Source: Candidatus Bathyarchaeia archaeon (GTDB taxonomy: Archaea > Thermoproteota > Bathyarchaeia > 40CM-2-53-6). Taken from it: a DNA stretch of 64,000 nt. Positions 10,440-20,038 of the stretch are shown here, piece after piece. A model generated the notes under the pieces. The model searched no databases. It was given only the letters and a program-made list of their open reading frames with translations, and was not told where the DNA came from. The stretch spans positions 128,001-192,000 of the forward strand of contig JBEKVV010000001.1 of the NCBI GenBank assembly GCA_049513715.1. Direction: 5' to 3'. The position numbers and the translations under genes were made by a program. Within the stretch, counting starts at the first letter, position 1, and each line of letters starts with the position of its first letter.

Positions 10440-11416
10440 TGTCCACTCCTTACTCGTGCAATTCGCTCAAAGACTCCGCCTTCACCAGATTCTTCGCGTA
10501 TCTCTTGGCCGGTATAATACAGGAAAACATCGTTTAGTGTGGGCGTCCGAACTTCAACCGAATCAACTTCCCCGATCAAACTGAGTATTTCCTGCAAATG
10601 CGAAGCAGCATTCTGCACCGTAAGAAGCAGCCGGCTTCCGGATTGGTCGATGGAAACGACGTAGGATAGGTCCTTGATCCTATCGAGTTTCGGGTCCTTC
10701 GCTCTGAGCTTGATGATTTCTCCACCGACCTTCGCTTTCAGCGCTGAGGGTTTGTCCAGAGCCACAATCTTCCCGTGGTCAATTATGGCAACGCGGTTGC
10801 AAAGTCTATCCGCCTCATCCATATAGTGCGTGGTTATGATGACTGTGACCTTCTCGGATTTCACGAGGTTCTCTATGTACTGCCAGATGTGTTCCCGGGT
10901 TTGCGGGTCAAGGCCCAGGGTTGGTTCATCTAAATAGAGGATTCTGGGGTTGTGCAGGAGTCCGCGGGCCAGCTCCAACCGTCTGCGCATTCCACCGGAA
11001 TATTTCTTGACCTGGTCGTTGGCCCTGTCCTCAAGGTCGACCAACTTCAGAACTTTCTGCATCCTTTCGCTTCGCTGATTCCTGGGAACCCCGAACATCA
11101 AGGCGTGCAAGTAGAGATTTTCCCGACCCGTTAGCACATCGTCACTGCTCGGGTCTTGGAACACTATGCCGATAGAGTGGCGCACGTTGCCAGGTTGAGT
11201 GACAATGTCGAACCCATTAACGCGGGCACCCCCAGATGTAGGTTTCAGAAGCGTAGCCAACATCGAAAGCGTCGTTGTCTTCCCTGCGCCGTTCGGTCCA
11301 AGCAGGCCGAAGATTTCGCCTTCCTCAATCTTCAGGTTCAGGTTGTCGACAGCGAGGAGGTTGCCATAACGCTTTGTCAGATGATCTGTTTCAACTGCGC
11401 TTGTCAGGTCGGGCAA
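10436..11416 (-). CDS. ABC exporter ATP-binding subunit (DrrA-like)
   Basis: GPNGAGKTT, YSGGM, LYLDEPT, TTHYMDEA; overlaps the permease start. Confidence 0.95.
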   Translation of the reverse strand: MPDLTSAVETDHLTKRYGNLLAVDNLNLKIEEGEIFGLLGPNGAGKTTTLSMLATLLKPTSGGARVNGFDIVTQPGNVRHSIGIVFQDPSSDDVLTGRENLYLHALMFGVPRNQRSERMQKVLKLVDLEDRANDQVKKYSGGMRRRLELARGLLHNPRILYLDEPTLGLDPQTREHIWQYIENLVKSEKVTVIITTHYMDEADRLCNRVAIIDHGKIVALDKPSALKAKVGGEIIKLRAKDPKLDRIKDLSYVVSIDQSGSRLLLTVQNAASHLQEILSLIGEVDSVEVRTPTLNDVFLYYTGQEIREESGEGGVFERIARVRSGH

Positions 11417-11506
11417 CCTTCTTCATGCTATTAATCAAGGAGACCAGACCAAAATCCGACTTAAAATGACTGGCTTCGTTGTGGTATTCGGATGGTCGGG
11501 GTCATT

Positions 11507-12628
11507 TTAGCGAGTTTCAATTGGCCGGACTGTTCGGTCCCGTGGTCCCGAATACTCCGTTGAAGGTCGAATCAACCGGTTATTGGTCACCTGTTCGATG
11601 ACGTGTGCCGTCCAACCCGTGGTTCGACTTGATGCAAACGAAGGCGTAAACATGTCAACGGGCAATCCAATTGAGTGCATCACAACACACGAATAGAACT
11701 CAACGTTCGTGTTGGCGTGGTCAGGGTTCTTCTTGCGCAGCAGCTCCAAGCCAGTCTGTTCAACTTGCTGCGCCAGCTGGAACAGATTTTTGTCAGCGAT
11801 CTTGCTGGCCAGATCACGTAGGATGACGGCCCTTGGGTCCATTGTTCGGTAGACTCTGTGCCCGAACCCCATCAACCGTTTGCCTTGGCTTAATTGCGCA
11901 CTCATCCATTCCTCCGCGTTCTCTGGCTTACCAATCTCCTCCAACATCTCCAAAACCGGCCCTGGTGCGCCGCCGTGAAGTGGCCCCTTTAACGCTCCAA
12001 TGGCAGCCGTCACTGCGGAATATATGTCAGACCAAGTTGACGCCACGACCCTCGCAGTGAAGGTTGATGCGTTCATGCCGTGGTCCGAGAGGGTAATGAG
12101 GTAAGTGTTCATTGCGTCAGCCTTCACTTTCTCAGGCTCCTTCCCAGTCATCATGTACAGGTAATTTGCAGCATGTCCCAAGTCAGAGCGTGGGGGCACT
12201 GGCTTCTGGCCTTGTCGTAGTCGGTAAAACGACGTGACGATTGTCGGAATCTTAGCGGTCAGCGCAATGGCTTGGGGAACGTCTGGTTTCTCGAGTGGCC
12301 GTCCAACGCCGAGGGCTGAGACGACGGTTCGAAGTATGTCAAGCGGGCTCGACTCTTTGGGGAAGCTTCGCATTAGTGAAATCGTCGATTCAGGAATCGA
12401 ACGCGCATCACTGAGCTGGTTCTTCAGCTCCTCTAACTGGGAGCTGGTTGGGAGTTCCCCCTTCCAGAGTAAGTGTGCGACTTCCTCGAAGGTTGTGTGG
12501 GAGGCTAAGTCGTGAATATCATACCCTCGGAAAATCAGGCGCCCAGCATTTCCGTCAATCAAACAAATGCTGCTGGTGTCTATTACAACGCCTTCAAGGC
12601 CTTTAGCGATGGTTTTCGGATGGGACAT
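11507..12628 (-). CDS. gltA: Citrate synthase / methylcitrate synthase
   Basis: GLEGV, DHGMNASTF, GPLHGGA, MGFGHRVY, DPRA, NVEFY, LIRP. Confidence 0.93.
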   Translation of the reverse strand: MSHPKTIAKGLEGVVIDTSSICLIDGNAGRLIFRGYDIHDLASHTTFEEVAHLLWKGELPTSSQLEELKNQLSDARSIPESTISLMRSFPKESSPLDILRTVVSALGVGRPLEKPDVPQAIALTAKIPTIVTSFYRLRQGQKPVPPRSDLGHAANYLYMMTGKEPEKVKADAMNTYLITLSDHGMNASTFTARVVASTWSDIYSAVTAAIGALKGPLHGGAPGPVLEMLEEIGKPENAEEWMSAQLSQGKRLMGFGHRVYRTMDPRAVILRDLASKIADKNLFQLAQQVEQTGLELLRKKNPDHANTNVEFYSCVVMHSIGLPVDMFTPSFASSRTTGWTAHVIEQVTNNRLIRPSTEYSGPRDRTVRPIETR

Positions 12629-12656
12629 GGGTCAAGAGCGACCTGCTACTTCCTTA

Positions 12657-13902
12657 TTACTGAATCTCATAACTGATTGAACCTTCCCTCTGAACATTCT
12701 GACCGCGAAGTGGATGACGTAGCCGGTAATAGAGGGCCAAACCTACGGAGATGGCAGCGTAGATCGGGCTCAGAAGCCAGGGCAGGTAAGGGTTACCGGT
12801 AATTTGCCAAAATCGTTCCACCAAGCAATGGCGAAGCATCACCGCCGAGGCCTAAGAAGAGGCTGAAGACTCCCACATACATGCCCCGCTCAGCTTCAGG
12901 AGCAATCTCAGTAACTAGTACAGACGCTATTGGGAAGAACATGTTCTCCCCGATCGTCATCAGGATTACCGACACCAGCAACCATTCAAAGGTCGGGGCA
13001 ATTCCTATGCTGGTAATTCCAGTAGCCAAAATTACGACCCCCAAAATGTAGCCGGTTTGTTTTGGCAACCTGTCCAAGTACGCGGATGTTGGAAACTGTA
13101 GGGCGACGACGGTGACTCCGGAGACTGAGAAAAGTGCCCCTAGTTGAAATGCTGTCAAACCTCTAACTTGAGTCGCGAAGATTGGGAGCAGTGAATAGAA
13201 CTGCGAGTAGAACAGCATACTGAAGAGAGATGCGACACAGAGAACCAGTAGGTCCTTGTTCTTCAGCACACTGATTCTTGGTAGGGCTGGTTTCTCAAGG
13301 TCTGAACGCCTTGACTCCGGAACCAGGGTTATGAAGAGAATGAATGCAACTAGGCCAAGGACTGCGGATAGGATGAAGAGGCTATGGAAACCTTGGGTCG
13401 CGAGAAGGAAGCCGCCCACAAGTGGGGCCACAATCCAGGCCGCGTTTCCTACTATGCGGCTGACTCCGTACGCGGTATTGCGCTTGCTCTCCTCAACCTG
13501 GTCTGCGATGATTGTGGTTTGTGACGTGCGCGCGGCTGAGTCCATTAATCCGGATAGTGAGATGATCGGGAGAGCCTGGGCGAAGTTGATGATTCTTGTG
13601 AGGGCGGCCGGGACTACTGTTGCGCTCAGGTTGCCGAAGGCATAGATCTTCTTCCTACCCACCCTGTCCACAAGCCAACCCATCGCGAAGACCGAGAATG
13701 TTCCCAGCAGGCCGCTCACGAAGTATAGGAATGAGACAGCGCCGACCGAGATACCAAGTTCCTTGTTTAGGAAAACTGACAGGAATGGGCCAAGCATGGT
13801 GGAGGCTAAGCCTGTGACGGCGACGTTAGCCATCAGGAACCAGAAGTATTTGACCCTGGGAACGTTCGCAAGGAACTTCCGAGGGGTAGCTTGGGTTTCC
13901 GT
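12657..13902 (-). CDS. MFS transporter with a 1-nt frameshift near the 3' end; start uncertain
   Basis: GWLVDRVGRK motif. The last TM (WQITGNPYLPWLLSPIYAAISVGLALY) is in another frame after the A4 run at 12809-12812. The frame is open upstream of ATG 13833. Confidence 0.8.
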
Positions 13903-13999
13903 TTCACTCCACCTGGTGCAACATAAGTGAATTCAGAACAGAAATGTTGTGCAATGATTCTTAAACAGGTCGCCAGCATTACACTGCGGGCAACAAACT

Positions 14000-15019
14000 A
14001 TGACCTACGAGAGCGCCGGGCGTGAATCAGGAGTCGTTCAACTGAAGGAAGGAGACCAGGTGAGAGTAAACGACGACGCCATCTTGGCACCGGACGCAGT
14101 GCGCGGAGAAATCGGAACGATAACGAAGATCAACCGCTTCCTAAGTGAAGCGCAAACCTCAGACGATCGAATCGTAGTCGACAGGTACCAACAACTCGTG
14201 AAGCATCCACGTGAGACTGAAATCCTCGGGTTCGCTCTGCAAGTCCATTTTCCAAGGATCGGGGACTCGCTCCTAGTAGCCTCGAACGAAGTAACTCTCC
14301 TCTCCAAGTTCCATGAAAGGATCAAAGGACTGGAGGATAGGCTTGTTAGCCATCTGACGAATCCCCAGCAGTTCTCCGTGCTGCGCGATGGGGGTTTGGA
14401 TGTACCATTCGTCAACCAGAACTTTGATGCGCCCTTCTTCGGAGACCTTGTAAGGTATGTTTTGAGGCCTAAGTTGGGTCGAGGTTCTACGAAGGTTCTC
14501 TCCCCTGAATCCTCAGGGCCCCCGCTTGCAGCCGTCTACGCGAGTATGGCCGGATTGAGTTTCGTTCGGGCCGTGAAGGTTACCGATAAGACGCGGCCTC
14601 AGGTCCCTGGATCATGGCGCGGGACGGTTCTGGGAGATGTGGAGGTTCCATCAGCCACCAAGAAAACCACACACTTCTTCGCCATCCCGCAAGGCGCCCT
14701 AACCAGCGATGACAACGTCATCATTTTCGACGACGTAGGCTTCACGGGCAGAACCCGCAAAGCATGCATCCAACTAATCGAAAAGGCTGGCGCAAAAGTC
14801 TCATCAATCGTCAACGTGGTCGAGAAATCGTATGGTGAACCTCGAACCTTACAGGTAGATTCAAGAGCCATCCTAGGCATCACGGGCTTCGAGCCAGAAA
14901 ATGAGAAAACCTGCAAAATCACCGTCAATGAACTCTTACTGGAAGGTTTGACTCCGCCGCGAATAATCTCCGGCGTCAAGTACGAGCCTGAAAGATCTCT
15001 GAAGACGATTCGGAGTTGA
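14000..15019 (+). CDS. Purine phosphoribosyltransferase-family protein with N-terminal extra domain
   Basis: PESSGPPLA and the PRPP loop VIIFDDVGFTGRT; VVEK. Confidence 0.8.
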   Translation: MTYESAGRESGVVQLKEGDQVRVNDDAILAPDAVRGEIGTITKINRFLSEAQTSDDRIVVDRYQQLVKHPRETEILGFALQVHFPRIGDSLLVASNEVTLLSKFHERIKGLEDRLVSHLTNPQQFSVLRDGGLDVPFVNQNFDAPFFGDLVRYVLRPKLGRGSTKVLSPESSGPPLAAVYASMAGLSFVRAVKVTDKTRPQVPGSWRGTVLGDVEVPSATKKTTHFFAIPQGALTSDDNVIIFDDVGFTGRTRKACIQLIEKAGAKVSSIVNVVEKSYGEPRTLQVDSRAILGITGFEPENEKTCKITVNELLLEGLTPPRIISGVKYEPERSLKTIRS

Positions 15020-15043
15020 CCAACGGACCAAAGGAATCTACGA

Positions 15044-15709
15044 TTGCAGATAGACTTCTGTGAATTCCCCGACGATTTACTCTACGACCTCGAGGCCAAC
15101 GTATGGATAAAGGTCAACCAGAAAGGTGGAGTAACTCTCGGAATAACGAGCGTTCATGCAGCCCTCGCTGGCAGACTGAACCAAGTCAAACTCAAGGCTG
15201 TAGGAGAATCCGTGGCAAAAGGGAAGAATGTCGGCACCATCGAGAGCGTCAAATACTTCGGGGCAGTCCGGACTCCGGTGTCTGGTAGAATAACCGAAAC
15301 AAACCTTGATCTTCAGAAGCGGGCGAAACTCGCCAACGACGCGCCATATACGGCCGGATGGTTCGTAACAATTGAGCCGACCAATCTGTCAGAGGAGATT
15401 ACATCTCTAAGCAAGGTGCAAGATGTCGAAGAACGCATTCGGTCAATGATCAGAGAGGTTCGTGTTAGGTGTTTCAAAGCTTACCCGGACTATGATATGT
15501 GGGAGATAGGGGTTGAGTGCGCCGCGGTACTGGTCAGGTTGAATGATCTGATTGAGCGTTGTGCAATAGGTGATGTTATTCACGTTGTGTCCGATGACCC
15601 GACGGCAGATATCGAGGTGGAACGCTGGGCATATGATACGGGGCAGTTGGTGTTAGAATCGAGAAAAGACGGGAAGCTAATGCACTTCATCGTCCGAAGA
15701 GTGAAGTGA
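15044..15709 (+). CDS. GcvH/lipoyl-carrier domain fused to a TusA/SirA-like domain
   Basis: GTIESVK lipoyl-Lys motif and NDAPYTAGW, then GVECAAVL...GDVIHVVSDDP...WAYDTG...FIVRR. Confidence 0.85.
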   Translation: MQIDFCEFPDDLLYDLEANVWIKVNQKGGVTLGITSVHAALAGRLNQVKLKAVGESVAKGKNVGTIESVKYFGAVRTPVSGRITETNLDLQKRAKLANDAPYTAGWFVTIEPTNLSEEITSLSKVQDVEERIRSMIREVRVRCFKAYPDYDMWEIGVECAAVLVRLNDLIERCAIGDVIHVVSDDPTADIEVERWAYDTGQLVLESRKDGKLMHFIVRRVK

Positions 15710-15735
15710 AACGTGCGGGAATCTGGGTCTTGATT

Positions 15736-16581
15736 TTAGGGTTTCTCAATGGGGTTCCGGATCATGTTACCCCATTCAGTCCATGAGCCATCGTAGTTCT
15801 TGACGTTCGGGTACCCGAGTAAGTATTTCAACACGAACCACGTGAACGATGACCGCTCACCGATTCTGCAGTACGTGATCACTTCTTTGTTGGCGGTGAC
15901 ACCCTTGCTCTCGTATAGTTTGGCAAGGTCTTCTACTGATTTGAACGTCCCGTCCTCCTTGACGGCTTGCGACCATGGTATGTTGACAGCGCCTGGGATG
16001 TGTCCGCCGCGTTGCGCGTGTTCGTTCGGGTACTCGGGGGGCGCCGTTATTTCCCCAGTAAACTCAGCTGGGCTCCGCACATCAACCAGCACCTTGTCAC
16101 TTTTCTTCAGTGAACTCTTAACATAATCCAAGTATGTCCGGACCTGTTCGTTCGCGCCCGCGGTCTTGAAAGTTGTTTTGGGGTAATTCGGAATCTCCTT
16201 CGTAACTTCTCGGTCCTCCGCAAGCCATTTCTTGCGGCCCCCGTTCATCAACACAGTTTTCTCGGCACCATAGTACTTAAGAATCCAGTATGCGAATGCT
16301 GCGAACCAGTTGTTGAAGTCCCCATACAACACGAGAGTTGTTTGATTAGTGGCTCCTGCATTGCTGAGTAGTTGTTCCAGCTGCTCTTTGCTGACCAAGT
16401 CGCGTGCGGTTGGATCATTCAAGTCTTTCCTCCAATCCAGCAGCACAGCGCCGGGAACATGGCCCAAGTTGTAGTTTGCCGTTGGGTCGTAGTCTACCTC
16501 CGCCACACGTACCGAGCTATCTTTCAGATGTTGGCTAACCCAATTCGTGTCAACGACGGCTTCTGGATGCTTGTAGGACAT
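15736..16581 (-). CDS. Tandem-domain rhodanese (thiosulfate sulfurtransferase)
   Basis: GHVPGA, GHIPGA, active site YCRIGERSS, YDGSWTEW. Confidence 0.95.
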   Translation of the reverse strand: MSYKHPEAVVDTNWVSQHLKDSSVRVAEVDYDPTANYNLGHVPGAVLLDWRKDLNDPTARDLVSKEQLEQLLSNAGATNQTTLVLYGDFNNWFAAFAYWILKYYGAEKTVLMNGGRKKWLAEDREVTKEIPNYPKTTFKTAGANEQVRTYLDYVKSSLKKSDKVLVDVRSPAEFTGEITAPPEYPNEHAQRGGHIPGAVNIPWSQAVKEDGTFKSVEDLAKLYESKGVTANKEVITYCRIGERSSFTWFVLKYLLGYPNVKNYDGSWTEWGNMIRNPIEKP

Positions 16582-16727
16582 GAGAATCGAGCTTGATATG
16601 ACCTATGACATATTTAAGCGCCTCAACTACCCCATAAACCCAGCCTAGTGCCTCAGCGAGGCTTCCCTAATCCACTCCTAGCGCTTTATTGGATCGCCAA
16701 TTCGCGCCGAGATGTATGCGACTAGTC

Positions 16728-16738
16728 AAAGTTTAAAT
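16728..16738 (+). promoter_or_regulatory. Putative BRE/TATA box upstream of guaB
   Basis: AAAGTTTAAAT about 135 nt upstream of the guaB ATG. Confidence 0.45.
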
Positions 16739-16871
16739 TGGAAAGTTCAGCTGTCGCGCAGTATCGGGCACGTTCTTGACGCCCGGTGAATCAGAGATTT
16801 CCTCCGGATCTGCAACCGCCTGCAAGAAACGTCAAGCTCCAGTCCCACACTCACAAAGTTGGTCTTAGATT

Positions 16872-18326
16872 ATGGCTTATGAGAAAATTATTGACGGCCT
16901 CACCTTTGACGACGTACTTCTGGTCCCAAAGAAATCTACTGTTCGATCCAGAAAGGATGTTCTAACCACTACCAATCTCTCGCGCCGAATTGAACTCAAG
17001 GTACCCATCATCAGCGCGCCAATGGACACTGTAACCGAGCATGCGATGGCAATTACGATGGCCCGGGTCGGAGGCATCGGAATCATTCATCGATTCATGA
17101 GCACCGAACAGCAGGTCGAAGAAGTGCTGAAGGTGAAGAGGTCTGAAAGTATCGTGATCGAGCAGCCCTATACTCTGAGCGGCGACCAGAGGCTGAAAGA
17201 AGCAAAACGGCAGATGTCCCAATATGGCGTATCGGGGCTTCTGGTATTGGATAATGAGGGAAGGCTACAGGGTATCCTAACCGAGCGCGACATCCTTTTC
17301 GAAAGGGATCCAGAGAAGAAAGTCTCCGAAATCATGACAGGCTACAATGACTTGGTTACAGCGTCGGCCGACGTGAGCCTCCAAGAGGCACAGCAGATTC
17401 TCCACAAACACAAGCTCGAGAAACTCCCGTTGATTGACAAAGACCGCAGGCTGCGTGGACTGATTACTACTCGGGATATAATGAATCTCGAGCAGTACCC
17501 AAACTCCTCGAAGGATGGGAAGGGGCGACTGATGGTTGGGGCCGCGGTCGGCGTCAAATCAGGCTACTTGGGGAGGGCAAAGGCGTTGCATGATGCAGGG
17601 GCTGATGTACTGGTTCTTGATGTGGCACACGCTCACTCGGACATTACCCTCGAGGCGATTCGCTCAATCAAGAAAACCATCCCGAAGGCTGAATTGATCG
17701 CGGGAAATGTTGCAACCAAGGAGGGCACTGAAGACTTAATCGCGGCTGGAGCGGACGCAGTGAAAGTTGGGATTGGCTCAGGGTCGATATGCATCACCCG
17801 AATCGTGACGGGTGCCGGCGTTCCGCAGCTAACAGCACTCATGGAGTGCACGAAGGTCGCCGAAAAGAACGGCGTTCCATTAATCGCAGACGGTGGGGTC
17901 CGAAACTCTGGTGACATCACCAAAGCCATCGCAGCTGGCTCCTCCACCGTGATGGTGGGGAGCTTACTCGCTGGAACCGAGCAGAGCCCTGGAATTACTG
18001 TGATGAGGGAGGGTAGGAAATACAAACTTGTCCGAGGAATGGCATCGGTGGCCGCGTCATACGACAGGACAACTCGTGAATCGGACCAAGGTGAAGACGA
18101 CAGCGCCGTCGGCTTGCTCGATTACGTACCAGAAGGAGTAGAGGCCTTCGTTCCCTACAAAGGCAACGCCTCAGAGCTGCTAGCTCAGCTCGTTGGTGGG
18201 TTGAAATCGGGTATGAGTTATTGCGGGGCCACCGAACTGTCGAAAATGCGCGGCAAAGGAACCTTCATCAAAATCTCCCAAGCTGGTCTAAAGGAAAGCT
18301 ATCCCCACGACGTAGAAGTAATGTAA
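16872..18326 (+). CDS. guaB: IMP dehydrogenase with CBS pair
   Basis: LTFDDVLL, SAPMDTVTE, KVGIGSGSICITR, IADGG, RGMAS, PEGVE. Confidence 0.97.
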   Translation: MAYEKIIDGLTFDDVLLVPKKSTVRSRKDVLTTTNLSRRIELKVPIISAPMDTVTEHAMAITMARVGGIGIIHRFMSTEQQVEEVLKVKRSESIVIEQPYTLSGDQRLKEAKRQMSQYGVSGLLVLDNEGRLQGILTERDILFERDPEKKVSEIMTGYNDLVTASADVSLQEAQQILHKHKLEKLPLIDKDRRLRGLITTRDIMNLEQYPNSSKDGKGRLMVGAAVGVKSGYLGRAKALHDAGADVLVLDVAHAHSDITLEAIRSIKKTIPKAELIAGNVATKEGTEDLIAAGADAVKVGIGSGSICITRIVTGAGVPQLTALMECTKVAEKNGVPLIADGGVRNSGDITKAIAAGSSTVMVGSLLAGTEQSPGITVMREGRKYKLVRGMASVAASYDRTTRESDQGEDDSAVGLLDYVPEGVEAFVPYKGNASELLAQLVGGLKSGMSYCGATELSKMRGKGTFIKISQAGLKESYPHDVEVM

Positions 18327-18354
18327 CCGTACGACTCTCGACAACACTCCAACC

Positions 18355-18876
18355 TTGCGAATCTTCACTATCGGCCACTCCACCAGATCCATGGAAGAGT
18401 TTACAAAGATACTTCTCAGCTTCGAAATCAAAATCCTGGTTGACGTCCGCAGCTTTCCGAGTTCATTCACCAATCCTCAATTCAACACCGACGTGATAGG
18501 AACGGTGCTAGAGCGGCATGGAATTCAATACATTTGGCTGCAGAGATTGGGCGGCCGAAGAAGGGGATTCGGGAAGGAATCCAGGAACACATGTTGGAAG
18601 AATAAGTCGTTCAGAAACTACGCCGACTACATGGAAACCGAGCCTTTCCGAGAAGGCATCGATAAGCTATTGCATCTGGCCGGCACAAAAACTGTGGCAA
18701 TTATGTGCGCCGAATCCCTGTACTGGCGCTGCCACCGCTCAATGATTGCCGACTACCTGAAATCGATTGGAGTCCAAATCACGCACATATTCGACGAAAA
18801 GCACACGCAAGAACACGAGTATACACAATGTGCAATGATCGTAGATGGTAAGCTAACCTACCACAAAGAACCTTAA
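18355..18876 (+). CDS. DUF488 family protein
   Basis: IFTIGHSTRS, LVDVRSFP, LGGRR, MCAESLYWRCHR. Confidence 0.9.
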   Translation: MRIFTIGHSTRSMEEFTKILLSFEIKILVDVRSFPSSFTNPQFNTDVIGTVLERHGIQYIWLQRLGGRRRGFGKESRNTCWKNKSFRNYADYMETEPFREGIDKLLHLAGTKTVAIMCAESLYWRCHRSMIADYLKSIGVQITHIFDEKHTQEHEYTQCAMIVDGKLTYHKEP

Positions 18877-18942
18877 CGACCGGATTCGGCCGGAACTAAG
18901 ACAATGATCGCCCGCGTATGTTCCAGCCAACAACAGTCTCAA

Positions 18943-19533
18943 TTAGGAATTTATTCGGGCGAGGTCCGTGGCTAGGGTTTCATAGGAAAGCTCTCCAGCC
19001 TGGTAGGTAGAAGCAAAATCCCCGTTCTTACCGACGATGAAGAACGTGGGTGTAGCGCTTACGCCGTACAGGTTGAAGACAGAGTTGGATGAGTCGTATA
19101 CATAGGTCCAGGTGCTATGGTAGGTTTGTATGAAATTCGCAGCATCGTTCGCCGATTCCCCGTTCCATGCTCCAGAAACCGACAAGAAGGCCACATTCTG
19201 TTGTCCGAATTGACTGTACAGTCTATCCAGAATGGGTGCCATGTTCTGGCAGTGTGAACATGAAGGAACCATGAATTCCAAAAGCACAACTTTTCCCCGG
19301 AACGACGAGAGTGAAACTTTCTGACCCGTCAAACCGGATGGCCCAACGACGGGCAATGTGAAGTCGGGGGCCGTGTTGGATCGGGTGGTGGTTGTGACTG
19401 GTGGTGGCTGTGAGAAAGAGTAGACCGCCCACACGATGACCAGCAAGACGATCACGAGGATGACCTTTTCTACCCAGCTGGAGCCTTTCTTCTTTTTGAC
19501 GGGCTTTGAGTGAGTTGGCATGATACGTTTCAC
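18943..19533 (-). CDS. Membrane-anchored TlpA/ResA-like thiol-disulfide oxidoreductase
   Basis: TM, APDFTL, GKVVLLEF, CSHC, ATPTF. Confidence 0.88.
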   Translation of the reverse strand: MKRIMPTHSKPVKKKKGSSWVEKVILVIVLLVIVWAVYSFSQPPPVTTTTRSNTAPDFTLPVVGPSGLTGQKVSLSSFRGKVVLLEFMVPSCSHCQNMAPILDRLYSQFGQQNVAFLSVSGAWNGESANDAANFIQTYHSTWTYVYDSSNSVFNLYGVSATPTFFIVGKNGDFASTYQAGELSYETLATDLARINS

Positions 19534-19665
19534 TAGCAGGCATGACTTCTAATGGTTTCTTAGCGTTTTGGTCTATACAAAAAGTAGTTCTCATTCACCA
19601 GGCTGTCAGTCTATGGTTTGAACCATGGCTCCATGGCGTTGGAAAATCGTTGACAGTACGGCGCC

Positions 19666-19992
19666 CTATGGAATATCGATCATTAGGTCGTTTCCTTCGA
19701 CCTTGACCTTGTAGGCCTTCTCAGGCTGAATGCTGTCTGAGCTGTCGCCATCAGGTCCAACAAGCACTCGCCCTGTCGTGACGTCAAATTGGGCCTCGTG
19801 CTCTGGACAAGTGAGCACGTTCTCTTTCAATGTCCCTTCGGAGAGATTACCCTCTTCGTGCGTGCACCAATTATCCATCGCATAGAATTCTCCATCAACA
19901 TTAGCGACGACGAACTCCTTCCCGGCGACCTTAACGAGTTTCAAAGTTCCCACGGAGACGTCCAACTTGTTGCACGCCTTGACCAGAGGCAT
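19666..19992 (-). CDS. Rieske [2Fe-2S] ferredoxin
   Basis: CTH...CPEH ligand motifs; FDVTTG. Confidence 0.92.
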   Translation of the reverse strand: MPLVKACNKLDVSVGTLKLVKVAGKEFVVANVDGEFYAMDNWCTHEEGNLSEGTLKENVLTCPEHEAQFDVTTGRVLVGPDGDSSDSIQPEKAYKVKVEGNDLMIDIP

Positions 19993-20038
19993 GAGGGCAT
20001 CAGCGTTTCAGACACTTTTCATTGGTTTAAGCTCTTCG

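Noticed and set aside
16755..16840. ZTP or purine riboswitch upstream of guaB
   Set aside because: A CCGCCTG hairpin is present, but GACTGGCG and the purine-aptamer core are absent; kept only as an unknown structured leader.
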